A DNA stretch of 62,959 nucleotides, counting the filler, from Octopus bimaculoides (lineage: Eukaryota): NCBI RefSeq assembly GCF_001194135.2. It is 5 parts of 5 records of this genome, joined end to end, with 100 filler letters (N's around TTAATTAATTAA, not from the genome) between each part and the next. Parts side by side here need not be neighbours in the genome. Positions count along the whole stretch, not along the records: positions 1 to 29,485 come from NC_068996.1; 4 more parts are not named here. One strand, given 5' to 3'. Position numbers and translations under genes: made by a program. A model generated the notes under the pieces. The model did no database searches and was not told the DNA's origin. It saw only the letters and a program-made list of their open reading frames with translations. Below are positions 11,634-23,002 of the stretch, piece by piece. Position 1 is the stretch's first letter. Every line of letters starts with the position of its first letter.

Positions 11634-11988
11634 GATTATGACAAAGAACAGGCGTGATAAGTGACTTTCTTGTTGGTCGTGGAAGACACGAAATTATTTC
11701 AAAATATCAGGTGCTGGTAGAGTAATTCAGAAATTACTTTGAAAAGTGTAGTATGGTGTCGATGTACCATTTGCAGTGGCATGCGTATCCAAACGAGTTG
11801 GGTTTGCTATGTTATTATAGTAAAGCGGCAATCGTGTTCTTAACGTCGGTTTCACCATTTTATAGTGGAGCGGCTATCGTGTGCTTAACGTCGGAGGTCA
11901 CCATTTTATAGTGATATCAGGGTTATCCATTTTCGGTGGTAACGTTGGCTTAATGATACACTATAATTTAGTCAATATGAGAGAACGA

Positions 11989-11998
11989 GGGGTCACCA
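11989..11998 (-). promoter_or_regulatory. Primer-binding site complementary to the tRNA-Trp 3' end
   Basis: TGGTGACCCC on the minus strand, 3 nt inside the LTR CA end at 12002; eukaryotic tRNA-Trp ends ..CACGUCGGGGUCACCA. Confidence 0.75.
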
Positions 11999-12001
11999 TC
12001 T

Positions 12002-13389
12002 TGTTCGCAACAACAAGAAAATAGAAATTCACGAGACGCTTGTGATAAGTCATAACTTTTATTACTGGAGGTAATGCGCTAACATACAAGGTTAATTGAA
12101 AGAAAGCTTATAACATTACATGAATATGTTCTGTTTGCAGTCACATGTCTCCAAGTAAGTAAGGTTAACGTGTGCGCGAGCGGACGTAAAAAGCGAAGCC
12201 TTGATTCAATACCAGCCCAAGGCTAAACAGACACGGAGTGGTGCGAATTTAGAATTTCTCTCCTTTATATAAGGGATGGACCGGAAGTCCCCAATTTCCA
12301 CGTAAACTGGAAGCTTCCAGAAAGATCTCGAACATTCTAGGAGCTCGTGGAAGATTACTCTCGTTAAATCCCTTTTGCAAACGACCGTGCGAAGTGAAGG
12401 TGACGAGAATGACTCCTTTGCACATCACACGGTCGATACAATAATTATGAAAAGGATAAATGAGTATAAGTGCCAGAAGGAAAGGAGAGACACAACCGGG
12501 TAGAATGTTTAAGAGAAGATTTTATTTATAGGTTAACATGTGTGTCTGTTGTGCGTCATGTATACATAATGTGTATGTGTGTGCATTAAGTACAGAGCAT
12601 TGAAAGAGTCTATAATATGACGTTAGAAGAATGTTCATACACAAGGGTGATAAGTACCAGTTCGTAGTCAATGTACACGATAGTTGAAATGCTGTATCGA
12701 GAAGTTGTGGCTGTAATGCAGTGCCGGTTGAGGTACATGTCGCATAAGAAGTTGTGGCTACAATGCTACTGCCAGTCACTTGTTACAGGAGTTCTCCCAG
12801 GTTGTATTTGCAGTTAACCATGGTGAAGTAATTCACAAACAGTGTTGAGCTGGAACCTGTGCGAGTGTTGCTGGTTGCTGTGTACGTAGAGAGATGATGT
12901 TGACGACGTTAAGAAGATGATGGAGACGACGAAGAAAGAGATTGTAGTATGCTGTTGGTCGAGTGTTTATGAGTCTCCATGTGGCTGCTGTTGTGTTGTC
13001 GCTGGAACTGGTTGTATCCTGTGTGATCAGTGGCTAGACCTCAAAAGGTCTGGAACTGAAAGACTTCGACTCTATGTGCCGCTGAAGTTTTATAGGGAAC
13101 AGTCGGCGCAAACTGAGGTTTAGAAGAGACTGTCTCACGTGACCTTATCTGAAGGCTGCGATTGGTTGGGTTGCATATTGGCGCGCAATAGAACAAGAGA
13201 CAAATTGCGTCAATACCAACCAATCAGAGTAGTGGACACAACAGGGTCCAAAAGGGCGGCCGAAGGCTAGCTGTTATCTACTACGTCCGTATTTATGTAT
13301 ATATAACAGAGAGAGAGGAATTTCCCTCCAAGCGTACGCTACATCCCTTTCCGTTTTGCTTCCCGTCGTAGCCGCCAGGACTCACTACA
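12002..13389 (-). repeat. 5' LTR of the Gypsy element (about 420 bp), interrupted by a solo LTR
   Basis: Minus-strand TATATAAAGG near 12263-12272 and AATAAAA near 12057-12063; terminus homologous to 6820-6874. Confidence 0.75.
12376..13343 (-). mobile_element. Solo LTR (family B, copy 2) inserted within the host 5' LTR
   Basis: Collinear blocks shared with 8180-9205 (GACCGTGCGAA, AATGACTCCTTT, GAAGTTGTGGC, GCTGGAACTGG, ACCAATCAG, CCGAAGGCTAG); ends CTACA; TCCCTTT duplicated at 12369-12375 and 13344-13350. Confidence 0.8.
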
Positions 13390-13929
13390 AATGTAAATAT
13401 GTTTAATGTATATACTGAATTTGCAGAATATGAAATATTTTAAAAATAAACACCTTGTTTTGCTTTGTTTTAAATTACTTATTAAGTATTCATTGCGAAA
13501 ACAACCTAAATTGAAAGGCTCTTTGTATTTAAATTCAATATAAATGGACAAATAATCTAATCTTAGAATTTCACTGTCTTGCTGTCAGCAATGCGATGGA
13601 AATTCAACTAGTATAGAAGAGAAAGTCATAGCTTTTTCATACAGCTTTTAGAAGGTATTACCAATATGATTAACTTTTAGATCAATGTTTAAAGCATAAA
13701 ATATAATAGTAGGTATACAACAGAATTAAATTAGAGATCTTTTCTGTTGCTGTCACTGGTTTCTATTTTTATAAATTTTGTTCCAATTGTCTTTAAATAT
13801 GGTGGTGTAGTTTTGTATGCTAATTATAAAAATGAAATTCATTTTGCCATAAATTAATAAATAAAAAGTTAATAGCTTTTAAAGTTTGCAATTTAGGGGT
13901 AATTTTAACCAATCCAAAACAACAGATAC

Positions 13930-14160
13930 AAGGCGGCGAGCTGGCAGAAACGCTAGCATGCCGGGCGAAATGCGTAGCGGTATTTCCTCTGCCGCTACGT
14001 TCTGAGTTCAAATTCCGCCGAGGTCAACTTTCATCCTTTCGGGGTCGATTAAATAAGTACCAGTTAGGCACTGGGGTCGATATAATCGACTTAATCCGTT
14101 TGTCTGTCCTTGTTTGTCCCCTTTATGTTTAGCCCCTTGTGGGCAGTAAAGAAATAAGAT
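13930..14160 (+). mobile_element. tRNA-derived SINE, family A (near full length; Nin/Deu-like central domain)
   Basis: AAGGCGGCGAGCTGGCAGAA head, B-box-like GAGTTCAAATTCC, central CTTTCATCCTTTCGGGGTCGA..AAGTACCAG; several copies in this window. The domain label is from recalled consensus. Confidence 0.85.
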
Positions 14161-15668
14161 ACATTGGTGCCTGTTTCCATAGTAACAAGCCAAGAAAACT
14201 ACTGCACTATTCTTGACCTATTTTCTCTGATAAGTGCCTATTTTCTGAATGTTTGTACTACCTCATTTTTGTCATTTTTACCTGATTTTTTTTTTTTAAG
14301 AAACAGATATTTCCGGCTCCTGTCCTCTCACAACCTCATTATTTTGAACTGTGTTTTCCTGGACCTTTTCAACCTAAACAGAAATATGACCGAAGCCAAT
14401 TCATTTAACCTTTAGATTATGATGGAGAAATTGAAAACTGAGGAGGATGCGGTTTCTTGCTTGCAAGAGAAAGGTATTATCCCTGAAAGAAAAATGATTA
14501 TGTACAAAGAGACACCTCACTATATGAAGATGTTTCATGGGAAAATTTACTGGCTGTACCCCTGAAAAGGATGCAACGAGTATGTGTTTGTCAGAAAAGA
14601 TATATGGTTCGAAGGTGGCACCCTTCCTCTTAGGATTGTATTGCTATTTTACCTTTACTTGTGAGTCAAAGAATTGACTTCAGTCCTGGTTTTGTATTGA
14701 AGAAGTGAACTACATTCTGGTTTTATGAAAATGAACAACTGCACAGCTGTTGATTACAATAGCTATGTTCGTGAAATATGTGTGGAGGACTTGCTTCTAA
14801 TAGGCGGTCCTGCGAAGGTTGTTGAAATAGATAAAAGTCTTCTCAACAAGTAAATACAACCGAGGAATGATGCTTGCTACCTGAACAGTAGGTTTTCGGA
14901 GGAGTGTGTTGCATGACCAGACATGTTTTTCTTTATGCGGTGCTATTTCGGAATCACAAGAGGAATGAATATGTCAATCAGTTCTTCTAGAAACCACCAT
15001 TTTCAGTAACTTGTAGAGAACCTAATCTCACATTCCTGATATTAATCTATACTATAATTGCTCTATTTACGTCTCTGTGTGTGTCTATGTCAAAATTTTG
15101 TCAACAAACTATTCCACAACCACTTGACCTATTTCGACCAAACTTGGCGTGAGAAACCATGGGTACAAGGAGAGTGTCAACATCTATTTGGGATTCACGA
15201 AAATTAACCGGTCCAGTTCCAGACTGGTAAAATCCGACAAAACAAATTACCCTTCTCACACTATTCAGGGACTCTCCTACTATTCCTCATGCTTACTAAC
15301 CGCTTTCTCTTATTGAGAGATGTAGTGTGAGGAGTGGTAATTGACAGCTATTCTTATGTCTGCTTATGTCGTTACATATATGAATATGTTTTTGAATGTA
15401 CTGTCGTCTAATATTTCACACATGCGTAGCATTCTGAAATAGCAGATGTAAAAAGTATGAAAATTTCTGAGACTTTACGCATTCGGCTGCATGAAAATAG
15501 GTTCGACTAATTTTATTATTACTTTAAAAAATACTAAATCTCGACATTTTTATAGTCAAATTCATTTAGAGCAATTCAACAACATAAAAATCGCACTTTA
15601 AAATAGTGTTTAGCGAGATTCATATAATTGTAAATAAATACCCAAGGTAAATATTTACAATTAATACC

Positions 15669-17757
15669 GTGAAAACTTCCCGTTCAGAGAAATTAGCTCA
15701 GATACTTGCTGAATTGTCTCAAAACTTTCAATGTATAATTGTCATAAATATTCACGCTTTCAACAATACTCTATACCCAGAAAAGGGAGGGCAACAACCT
15801 GTCCCGAAAAATTCTCGCTCACAAAATATCACTGAGAAAAGACAACAAACACTAATTATAGAAAATAAACAAGGACCTAGCCCTTCTCGATGTCTCGAAA
15901 TAAAGCGAAGGAGTATGCAAGAAACCCGTGCAATGGAAACACTAGAAGAAACAGAAGCACGGAGAAATGCAGATCGGCTGAGGAGACAGGAAACCCGTGC
16001 AATGGAAAGGCCAGAAGATTCAGAAGCACGGAGGAATGCGAATCGGATGTGAACACAGGAAACCCGTGCAATGGAAAGACCAGAAAAAAGAGAAGCACAG
16101 AGGAATGTGAATCGGCTGAGGACACAGAAAAGCCGTGCAATGGAAACGCCACAAGAAACAGAAGCATGGACAAATACTGATCGGCTGAGGAAACAAGACT
16201 CTAGGGAAAACACACCGCTGCCACAAATTCAGTAGCAAACAACAAACAACCAGGCACGATACCAATCGAGACTTGGTCAACAAAGAACTGACATTGAGAG
16301 AATGGCTATGGAAGTTGATGTGACAGATTTTCATGAGAAAAAAACGAAACCTAAGCCTCATGTTGCACTACTGTAGAAACATTTTTAACAGAACATGTCC
16401 TGACTGCAAAGCTTACCTTTGGGGTGCTGAGAAAACTACCTTCTGCTGTGGCAAAAGAAAAATTAGCAATGACAAAGTTCCACAGATAAAAAAAAAAAAG
16501 CCCCCGAAATCAATAGCTAAATACTATGATGTTAATCTATGCGGTCAAATGTATCTGAACAAAATTCGTGACTACAATAATTTACTGGCTATGGCTTCAC
16601 TTGGACTGGATAATCCACCAGTTGAACCACAGGGTGGTAGCACTTTTACGCCTACTTTCAAGATTCAAAGAAAGTTGTACCACCGCATAGGAAGTCTCCT
16701 ACGAGCAGTAAACAGGAANNNNNNNNNNTCAAAGAAAGTTGTACCACCGCATAGGAAGTCTCCTACGAGCAGTAAACAGGAAGCCAGTCTATGCACAGCT
16801 ATATTTCGTTGACAGTGTAAATGAGATGAGAAACAGGTTGTCATTCAGAGGAGCTGACAATGACCTTAATGAGAACATCTTGCTAGACCTGCAGAGAGCA
16901 CTGCAGATGCACGATCCATATGTCAAAAGTTTTAAACAGGTTATTGATATAATTAAGGAATACTCTGCATCAGGAAAATGTTCTACTGGTGATATTATTA
17001 TAAGTCTGACAAACGGCTGATTCCTGCTGGGTCACATGAAAGAATCTATAATCCACCGACTGCATCAGAAGTTGCTGTGATCATGGTGGGAGATGATACC
17101 AATAATCCAAACATTAAACCTGTGGATGTTGTTGTGCAGTACAGAGAGAGCAATGAGAAGTTAGACTACATTAATCAAATCCACAGAAGCTATGACACTC
17201 TTCCTTATGTACTTTTGTTTCCCTATGGAGATGGCTGGAATGTGCTCTTGAAAGACAACGATCGAAGCAAAAATATCACTGAATGTGACTTTTATTTTTA
17301 TTGGCTTCAGGTAAGAAAGGACGAGTTCAATGGCATAATGAAAAGTAGACGTCTCATACAACAATATGCAGTAGATCAATATGCAAAGATAGAGCAAGAT
17401 CGATTACACATCCTGAAAACTCATCAGAAATAACTTAAGGTTGAAAAATACCAGGGCCTTCTGGATGCTATTGCAAATGGTGACATGAATGACGAAGAGT
17501 CTAAAATCATTCTTCTGCCATCACATACTGGTTCTCCTCGGTCTTACAAGGAATGTTTCCAAGCTGGAATGGCACTGGTGAGAGAGTTTGGAAAGCCAGA
17601 CTACTTCATCACTATGACGACCAACCCAATGTGGACTGAGATAACGGAAGCCCTGTTTGGTTCTGGGAACAATGTGCATATATTGGCTTTGGACTCAGGG
17701 TATAAGGGTATGAAAGGAATCTACACTGACAACGTCGTCTATAAGGAAATTCTTTAA
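15669..17757 (+). pseudogene. Helitron Rep/helicase remnant
   Basis: Zn finger CPDCKAYLW..E..FCCG, KLYHRIGSLL, YAQLYFVD, PTASEVA, SYD.L.YVLLFPYGDGW, QQYAVDQYAKIEQDRL and GKPDYFITMTTNPMW, then directly the C-terminal T.NVVYKEIL*. Confidence 0.92.
15921..16196 (+). repeat. 69-bp coding tandem repeat x4 in the Helitron N-terminus
   Basis: Units start at 15921, 15990, 16059 and about 16128; the first encodes ETRAMETLEETEARRNADRLRRQ. Confidence 0.9.
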
Positions 17758-17891
17758 GAAATGTTTCACTTTTTACTTTCAAACTACAAACAGGAATTTA
17801 GAAACGTACTAACTGAATCGACCGCATAAAGGACGGTGATTCAGCTAGTGATTATAATTTTCGACATAGAACAGTAAACCAGTGTTGAGTT

Positions 17892-18211
17892 TGTAGTGAA
17901 ACTACCTCTCTCATGGTTATTTATGTACAAATGCGAACGTAGCAGGTAACAACTCTTTCCCGCCTTGCTGTGTCATCACCTGACTGACTATTATTTTCGC
18001 GGCAATTGCCTCCAGTCCTTACGCTCCAGGATGCAAGCCCACCAACCGTGGCCATCTAATAAGGTCACGTGAGAGAGTGTTTTCTGATGCTCTCTGGAGC
18101 CTCTCTGTACCTATAAATAACCTAATTTATACGCGTCACTTGGTCGCGGCTTCAGATCCTCACAGATCTGGTCGTTGACCACACACGTAACACAGCCAGC
18201 CAGTTTGCACC
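17892..18211 (+). mobile_element. Truncated LTR (family B, copy 3; U3 to the start of R)
   Basis: TGTAGTGAAAC..GTCACGTGA..CCTATAAATAA..TTCAGATC..CACAG.TCTGGTCG.TGACCACACA is collinear with the reverse complement of about 8875-9205. Confidence 0.8.
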
Positions 18212-18537
18212 TCTATGAGTTTATGTGGTGCAGGAGATAGGAAAATTTTAATTTGTTTGAGAAACTCCAAGAGTATATCTCAAACTTTCGTTTTTGAATT
18301 TTCGCTACAAAAATGTATTAATTGTTGACTAAGCTATTACTTCAATAGTATACGTAATGTTTTGCTTTCATTTTGTTTAATAAAAATTTGTCAGTATGAA
18401 AAATTACGTCAACATACCAAATTTGAAAGTGATCACGTAATTTAAAAATTTCGAAAACTGTGACAGCAACAGAACAGATCCAAAGTAAGTTCACAGACTT
18501 AATCTATTACGTTTTAACTTGGCACATTAGATGCCTT

Positions 18538-20100
18538 GGTTAATGTTTACTTTAACACCCGACTACCAAAACAAACAGACAAAAAAAGTGTAATAGATGT
18601 AATTTGCGCCAACGAACTGATTATAAAGAAACTTGTGGGGAAAATTTTTTCCGGAGGTGTGAGGGGAGGACTTCCGAAGGGTAGAGGACTTTCTTCCCAC
18701 CCCATTAGGCTTGTTAACTTGCTTATTGGTGACAGAGAGAATTTGTAGTAATTAACCGAAAATATTAAACAAATAAGGAAGGTATCAGATGGTCGTGAGT
18801 TGTGCTAAAACCAACAGCCAAATTGTCCTTAACTTTTTTCCATAGTGAAACCATATTCAACACCGAATATATGAATTTGTTTCTCTCACCATCATACACG
18901 GGATCTTTTTTGAAAAATAAATGAATCTAAAAATTCTATTTTCAAATTTTTTTCCATTACACTCAGACAAAAAAAATATTTCATGAATTTCAGTTTCTTC
19001 GAAAGTCCTCTCCCCACCTCCTCAGAAAAAAATTTCCCCACAAATATCTTTATCATCGGTTCGTTGGCGCAAATTTTTGTTCTTATATTCGTTTAATACA
19101 CGTTTTTTTACACCTATGACACTTTTTTTTTTTTGTTTTGGTGGCCGGGTGGCGAAATTATTTTCCCACGTGAGTTCCGGACCCCAGTAATGAACTCATT
19201 TGCATNNNNNNNNNNNNNNNNNNNNNNNNNNNNNNNNNNNNNNNNNNNNNNNNNNNNNNNNNNNNNNNNNNNNNNNNNNNNNNNNNNNNNNNNNNNNNNN
19301 NNNNNNNACTGCAAGTACTGTCTCTAACTACCTGTCGGGCAAACGAATAAATATATATAAATAACATTTCTTCCTTCTTAGTTTTGATCTTTCGATGTTC
19401 ACTGGTTACTCCGACGTTGGCACAATAATACATTTGCCCAAACAGAATTGCTGGAATTCTTTCTTTTTTTTTTTCCAGAAAAATGTTTCTAAAAATTATG
19501 GAGATGTACTTGCTTAGCAAGTAACCTGATCTGAGATCGTGTGCTGAAACAAAAACAATTGCAGCGTGGAAGGTGTTTATAAGCCATTTAAAAACACAAA
19601 AACCGTTAGATTCACTTCAACATTTAAATTTAATTTGTTAAAATATTTTCATCGCTTTGAGACCGCAACCTGTTCACTGATAAAATTCCGTATCATTTTC
19701 ACCCGCGATAAGATAAGGTCACTTGGTTAAGGAATGACCATGCTTCTTTTCTCTTTTAATGATGCTTTTCTTGTTTCAACCATGGCTGCCTCAACGTAAT
19801 TATTTGTGTTGTTGTTTACTTTGTAAAACAGTAAAGGGAGAGGGTTGCTAGCACATCACTATTTAGGACTCGTACCGAAAGATCGCCCTAATTACTTGTC
19901 TCCTATAATCAGGCATAACTTGGCGATCGGTCGACTTACAACGACTTCTTCGTCTTGAGTTTACTTGGTAGAGTGTGTTTGTCAACTTGACACGGTCAAG
20001 GTGGGCTCTGATTGGCTGTATGTAAATGAGTTCATTACTGGGGTCCGGAATTCTCGTGGAAAAAAAATTTCGCGGCCGAGTGTTAAAGTAAACATTAACC
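18538..20100. mobile_element. Non-autonomous DNA transposon with GG termini and 8-bp TSD (Merlin-type)
   Basis: TIR GGTTAATGTTTACTTTAACAC; TSD GATGCCTT at 18530-18537 and 20101-20108; the right TIR 20021-20100 matches the split left TIR (18538-18562 plus 19152-19205). Confidence 0.85.
18556..19151. mobile_element. Palindromic MITE-like insert nested in the left TIR
   Basis: Inverted arms CACCCGACTACCAAAAC / GTTTTGGTGGCCGGGTG and ATTTGCGCCAACGAAC / GTTCGTTGGCGCAAAT. Confidence 0.65.
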
Positions 20101-20909
20101 GATGCCTTTAGCAAGCATTCAGGCCGAGTATTTAATTTGAAGATTACCTCCTTCCCACCTCCAGTTTCGGAGACTATGTTGAGTATCATGGACACTCTCT
20201 TGACTAAAAGGTGAAATAATAAGGTGAGACAGACAGGTACATATATCAACAAGTAGTTGAACAAGAAGAGAGTAACAAAATAACAGAGGTTACAGAATGA
20301 TAAACAAAAGGTAGAATACAAAGAGAGAGAGAGAGTGAGAGAACCAAATAGACAGTTAGACTGACAGGTAGAAAGAGAAGGGGGGAATCTAAACTGATAG
20401 ATAGATAATCAGAAATATAAAAAGTCGTAATCTCGATATACTCTTACATAATAAACACACTAAGAGAACACATCACCACCCACTTCAACAGCACTAACAA
20501 CTAGCAACAACACCAATCATCAGCACGGGATCTAAGTGAAAGTTTTTTTCATTATTCTGCCAACTTTTGTATCACTAACGTGACGAACGACAGTCTGCCA
20601 TCAACCGGTAATACAGCACACAGCATGTCGGTGTGGTTTACTCGTGTTATTCGGAATCCCCTGTTAAGTTATCGCTGTAAGTTGATTATAATACATTAAC
20701 TGTTGTTATTAACATTATTATTTTTGTTGCGATTGCTATGTATATATGCGTTTCATTTAACGTCGCTCATGCCCTTGGAGATTGCATGATCATCACAACT
20801 TCACATATTCCCTCCCACCCATTTCACCTTACAAATCTTCGTCTCTTATGATATATAAAATGTCTTTTTCGCTGGGAGAGATCATTTGGTGGTGAAAGGA
20901 GCTATCCTT

Positions 20910-20940
<31 letters not shown>

Positions 20941-21114
20941 NNNNNNNNNNNNNNNNNNNNNNNNNNNNNNNNNNNNNNNNNNNNNNNNNNNNNNNNNNNN
21001 NNNNNNNNNNNNNNNNNNNNNNNNNNNNNNNNNNNNNNNNNNNNNNNNNNNNNNNNNNNNNNNNNNNNNNNNNNNNNNNNNNNNNNNNNNNNNNNNNNNN
21101 NNNNNNNNNNNNNN

Positions 21115-21146
<32 letters not shown>

Positions 21147-22000
21147 AATGGTTTTGTTAAGCAGTGTCGAGTTTTACAATTCTGTAAATAATAAGAGTAT
21201 TTTATAAGCTTACGGCTTTTTTCTGTCGGGGGCTTGTATGCCCTATGATTAGACTATTTTCCTTATTCATTGCGCGGTGATCGCTATAAGCCTTAAGCAT
21301 ATAAAATAATATTATTATTTACAGAATGTGTGTGTGTGAATATATTTCCACAACAACCACGCTACCGTCGATCTAGTTTCTGTTTATATACGCCGCTTCG
21401 TCCTAAGGTCAAATTCCAGGACGACAGATTTACCTCGTATTGACTCATACCAGTTGATTGTTTAGCCTTCGGATAAGATGTGATTGGGTAGACAACATCT
21501 GTTATCAAAAGCATTCCAATTGTGACCATCATATCTGTTTGTATATCACGATTTACTGTTGTTTAATTTGTCCTTCCGTTGTTTTTAAGACGGCGGGGCA
21601 TCATTTAAGACGAACTTTCCTACCTTTTCGGACAAAACCTTTTGTAAGCTTCGTCCTGTCTTTGTCCTTACATGTTTTTAATTGATATTAGCCCTTGTGG
21701 CCAATAAAACGAATTAATCATTTAAGATGGTTTGGCTAATATTTATAGCAGATCTATTAAAGGCTCCTTCGATTGCCTGCACCCCTACCTCTCACTGGTT
21801 GATTTCTCACTTCAAGTACACGAAGGGAGTATTGTTAACCTCAATATATTATCTTTAATTATATCATAAAACCCTGCAGTGGATTTGAACTGGAAACATG
21901 CTCATAAATGTCACTAGTTCAGTTTCGGTCTGAACAGACACGTGATCAAAGATATTCTCATCTTTCTATGTGGAGCATACTCCAAAACATTAGAGCAGTA

Positions 22001-22129
22001 ATACTTCGAAGGTTGTTTGTTGTGGCCGGCCAGAGAATGACCATTACTTTTGTACCTATACAGTTAAGCACTGTATAGGTACGAAACCAATGGTCACTCT
22101 CTGACCGACCATAACAAACAACGAAGTAT
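22001..22129 (-). other. Isolated hairpin of about 130 nt
   Basis: Perfect core GTACCTATACAG 22052-22063 / CTGTATAGGTAC 22071-22082 with a 7-nt loop; imperfect arms extend about 60 bp. Confidence 0.7.
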
Positions 22130-22484
22130 ATATATTCACTTAAACCAAAACAAAAGCCGTTATATTTATTTGTATATGTAAACGCATCTTTCCAGTAAAA
22201 CCTTAAGCAACCATACGCATACAATGAAGAAGTGACATTCATTCGGTTCTAGCAGCAGAGTTGTCAAAAATCACAGCTGTTTTGTCTCTTGCGCGTGTTA
22301 TGTAACATTCAATGTCTTTATGCAATCACTGTTAAACTTTAGAAAGACTTTAATACCGGTGAATTCTGTGTTTTGTTGTACAGAATAGTAGGGGTGGGGA
22401 TGAAGGTCTACCAGTAATCAAATAAAGGTACTTTGTAATTCGACCAGCTTCACTTCAGTAACCAAATATTCCGCTGCAGACTTC

Positions 22485-22971
22485 GGCACTGTCATGGTAT
22501 TAGCTGTCAGAATTGAAAGTAGAACTGACAAGGAACGTTACTGCTGGTTTGAGTTGATTCTTTGGCTACTGACTAGCCGGAGCTATCTATCTGTCTGTCT
22601 GTCTATCTCACTATCTCTCTCTATATATATATCTATCTATCTATCACTCGTTCACCTCTGTTTGTGTCCGTAGAATTTATCAAATTAGAAAACGCAAATT
22701 TAATATAAAAATATATTTTCTGAAATTGCAAATTATTTAGAATATAAAAATATAATTTTCAACAGAGAGAATTTATCAAAATAGAAAACAAATGAAGTTT
22801 GAAGTTTAAAAATAATAGGATCGACCACTCACGACTAGCTAGCGCGGACGCGCGACTGCGCGTTCGGGACCACTCTGCTTTAGTAGTACCCTTATACTCT
22901 GTGCGTTTTCAAACGCATGGATATAGGTGTCGAATTTGTTCCAATAACTTTCGAGTGATAGATAAATAGAT

Positions 22972-23002
<31 letters not shown>

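Larger units (their letters stand above)
6820..13389 (-). mobile_element. Ty3/Gypsy LTR retrotransposon, decayed, with nested insertions
   Basis: Domain order gag-RT-RNaseH-IN; PBS and PPT present; matching LTR ends (TTTTGCTTCCCGTCGTAGCCGCCAGG..CACTACA at 6839-6874 and 13354-13389). Confidence 0.95.
15046..17848 (+). mobile_element. Helitron, internally deleted
   Basis: 5' TCTATACTATAAT after A15045; 3' hairpin CTGAATC-g-ACCG..CGGT-GATTCAG at 17813-17844, then CTAG 17845-17848, then T17849; no TSD. Confidence 0.92.
14386..17891 (+). pseudogene. Merlin (IS1016/IS1595-like) DDE transposase fossil, split by a Helitron (segments 14386-15045 and 17849-17891)
   Basis: TEEDAVSCLQEKGIIP, VRKDIWFEGG.LPL, IGGPAKVVEIDKS, KYNRG and VFGGVC motifs; SHIPDIN|DYNFRHRTVN continues in frame across the Helitron insertion site. 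Confidence 0.85.

Noticed and set aside
15921-16196. Regularly spaced repeats as a possible CRISPR-like array
   Set aside because: Contiguous 69-bp coding units without unique spacers, inside a eukaryotic Helitron ORF.
16665-16782. 54-bp direct repeat (16665-16718 and 16729-16782) in the Helitron
   Set aside because: It flanks a 10-N gap exactly; this is an unmerged contig overlap, not a biological duplication.
22024-22110. GAAA-CC-AAT-GG-UC half-hammerhead after a strong stem
   Set aside because: No CUGANGA core on the other side; the segment is simply one arm of a palindrome, reported as a hairpin instead.
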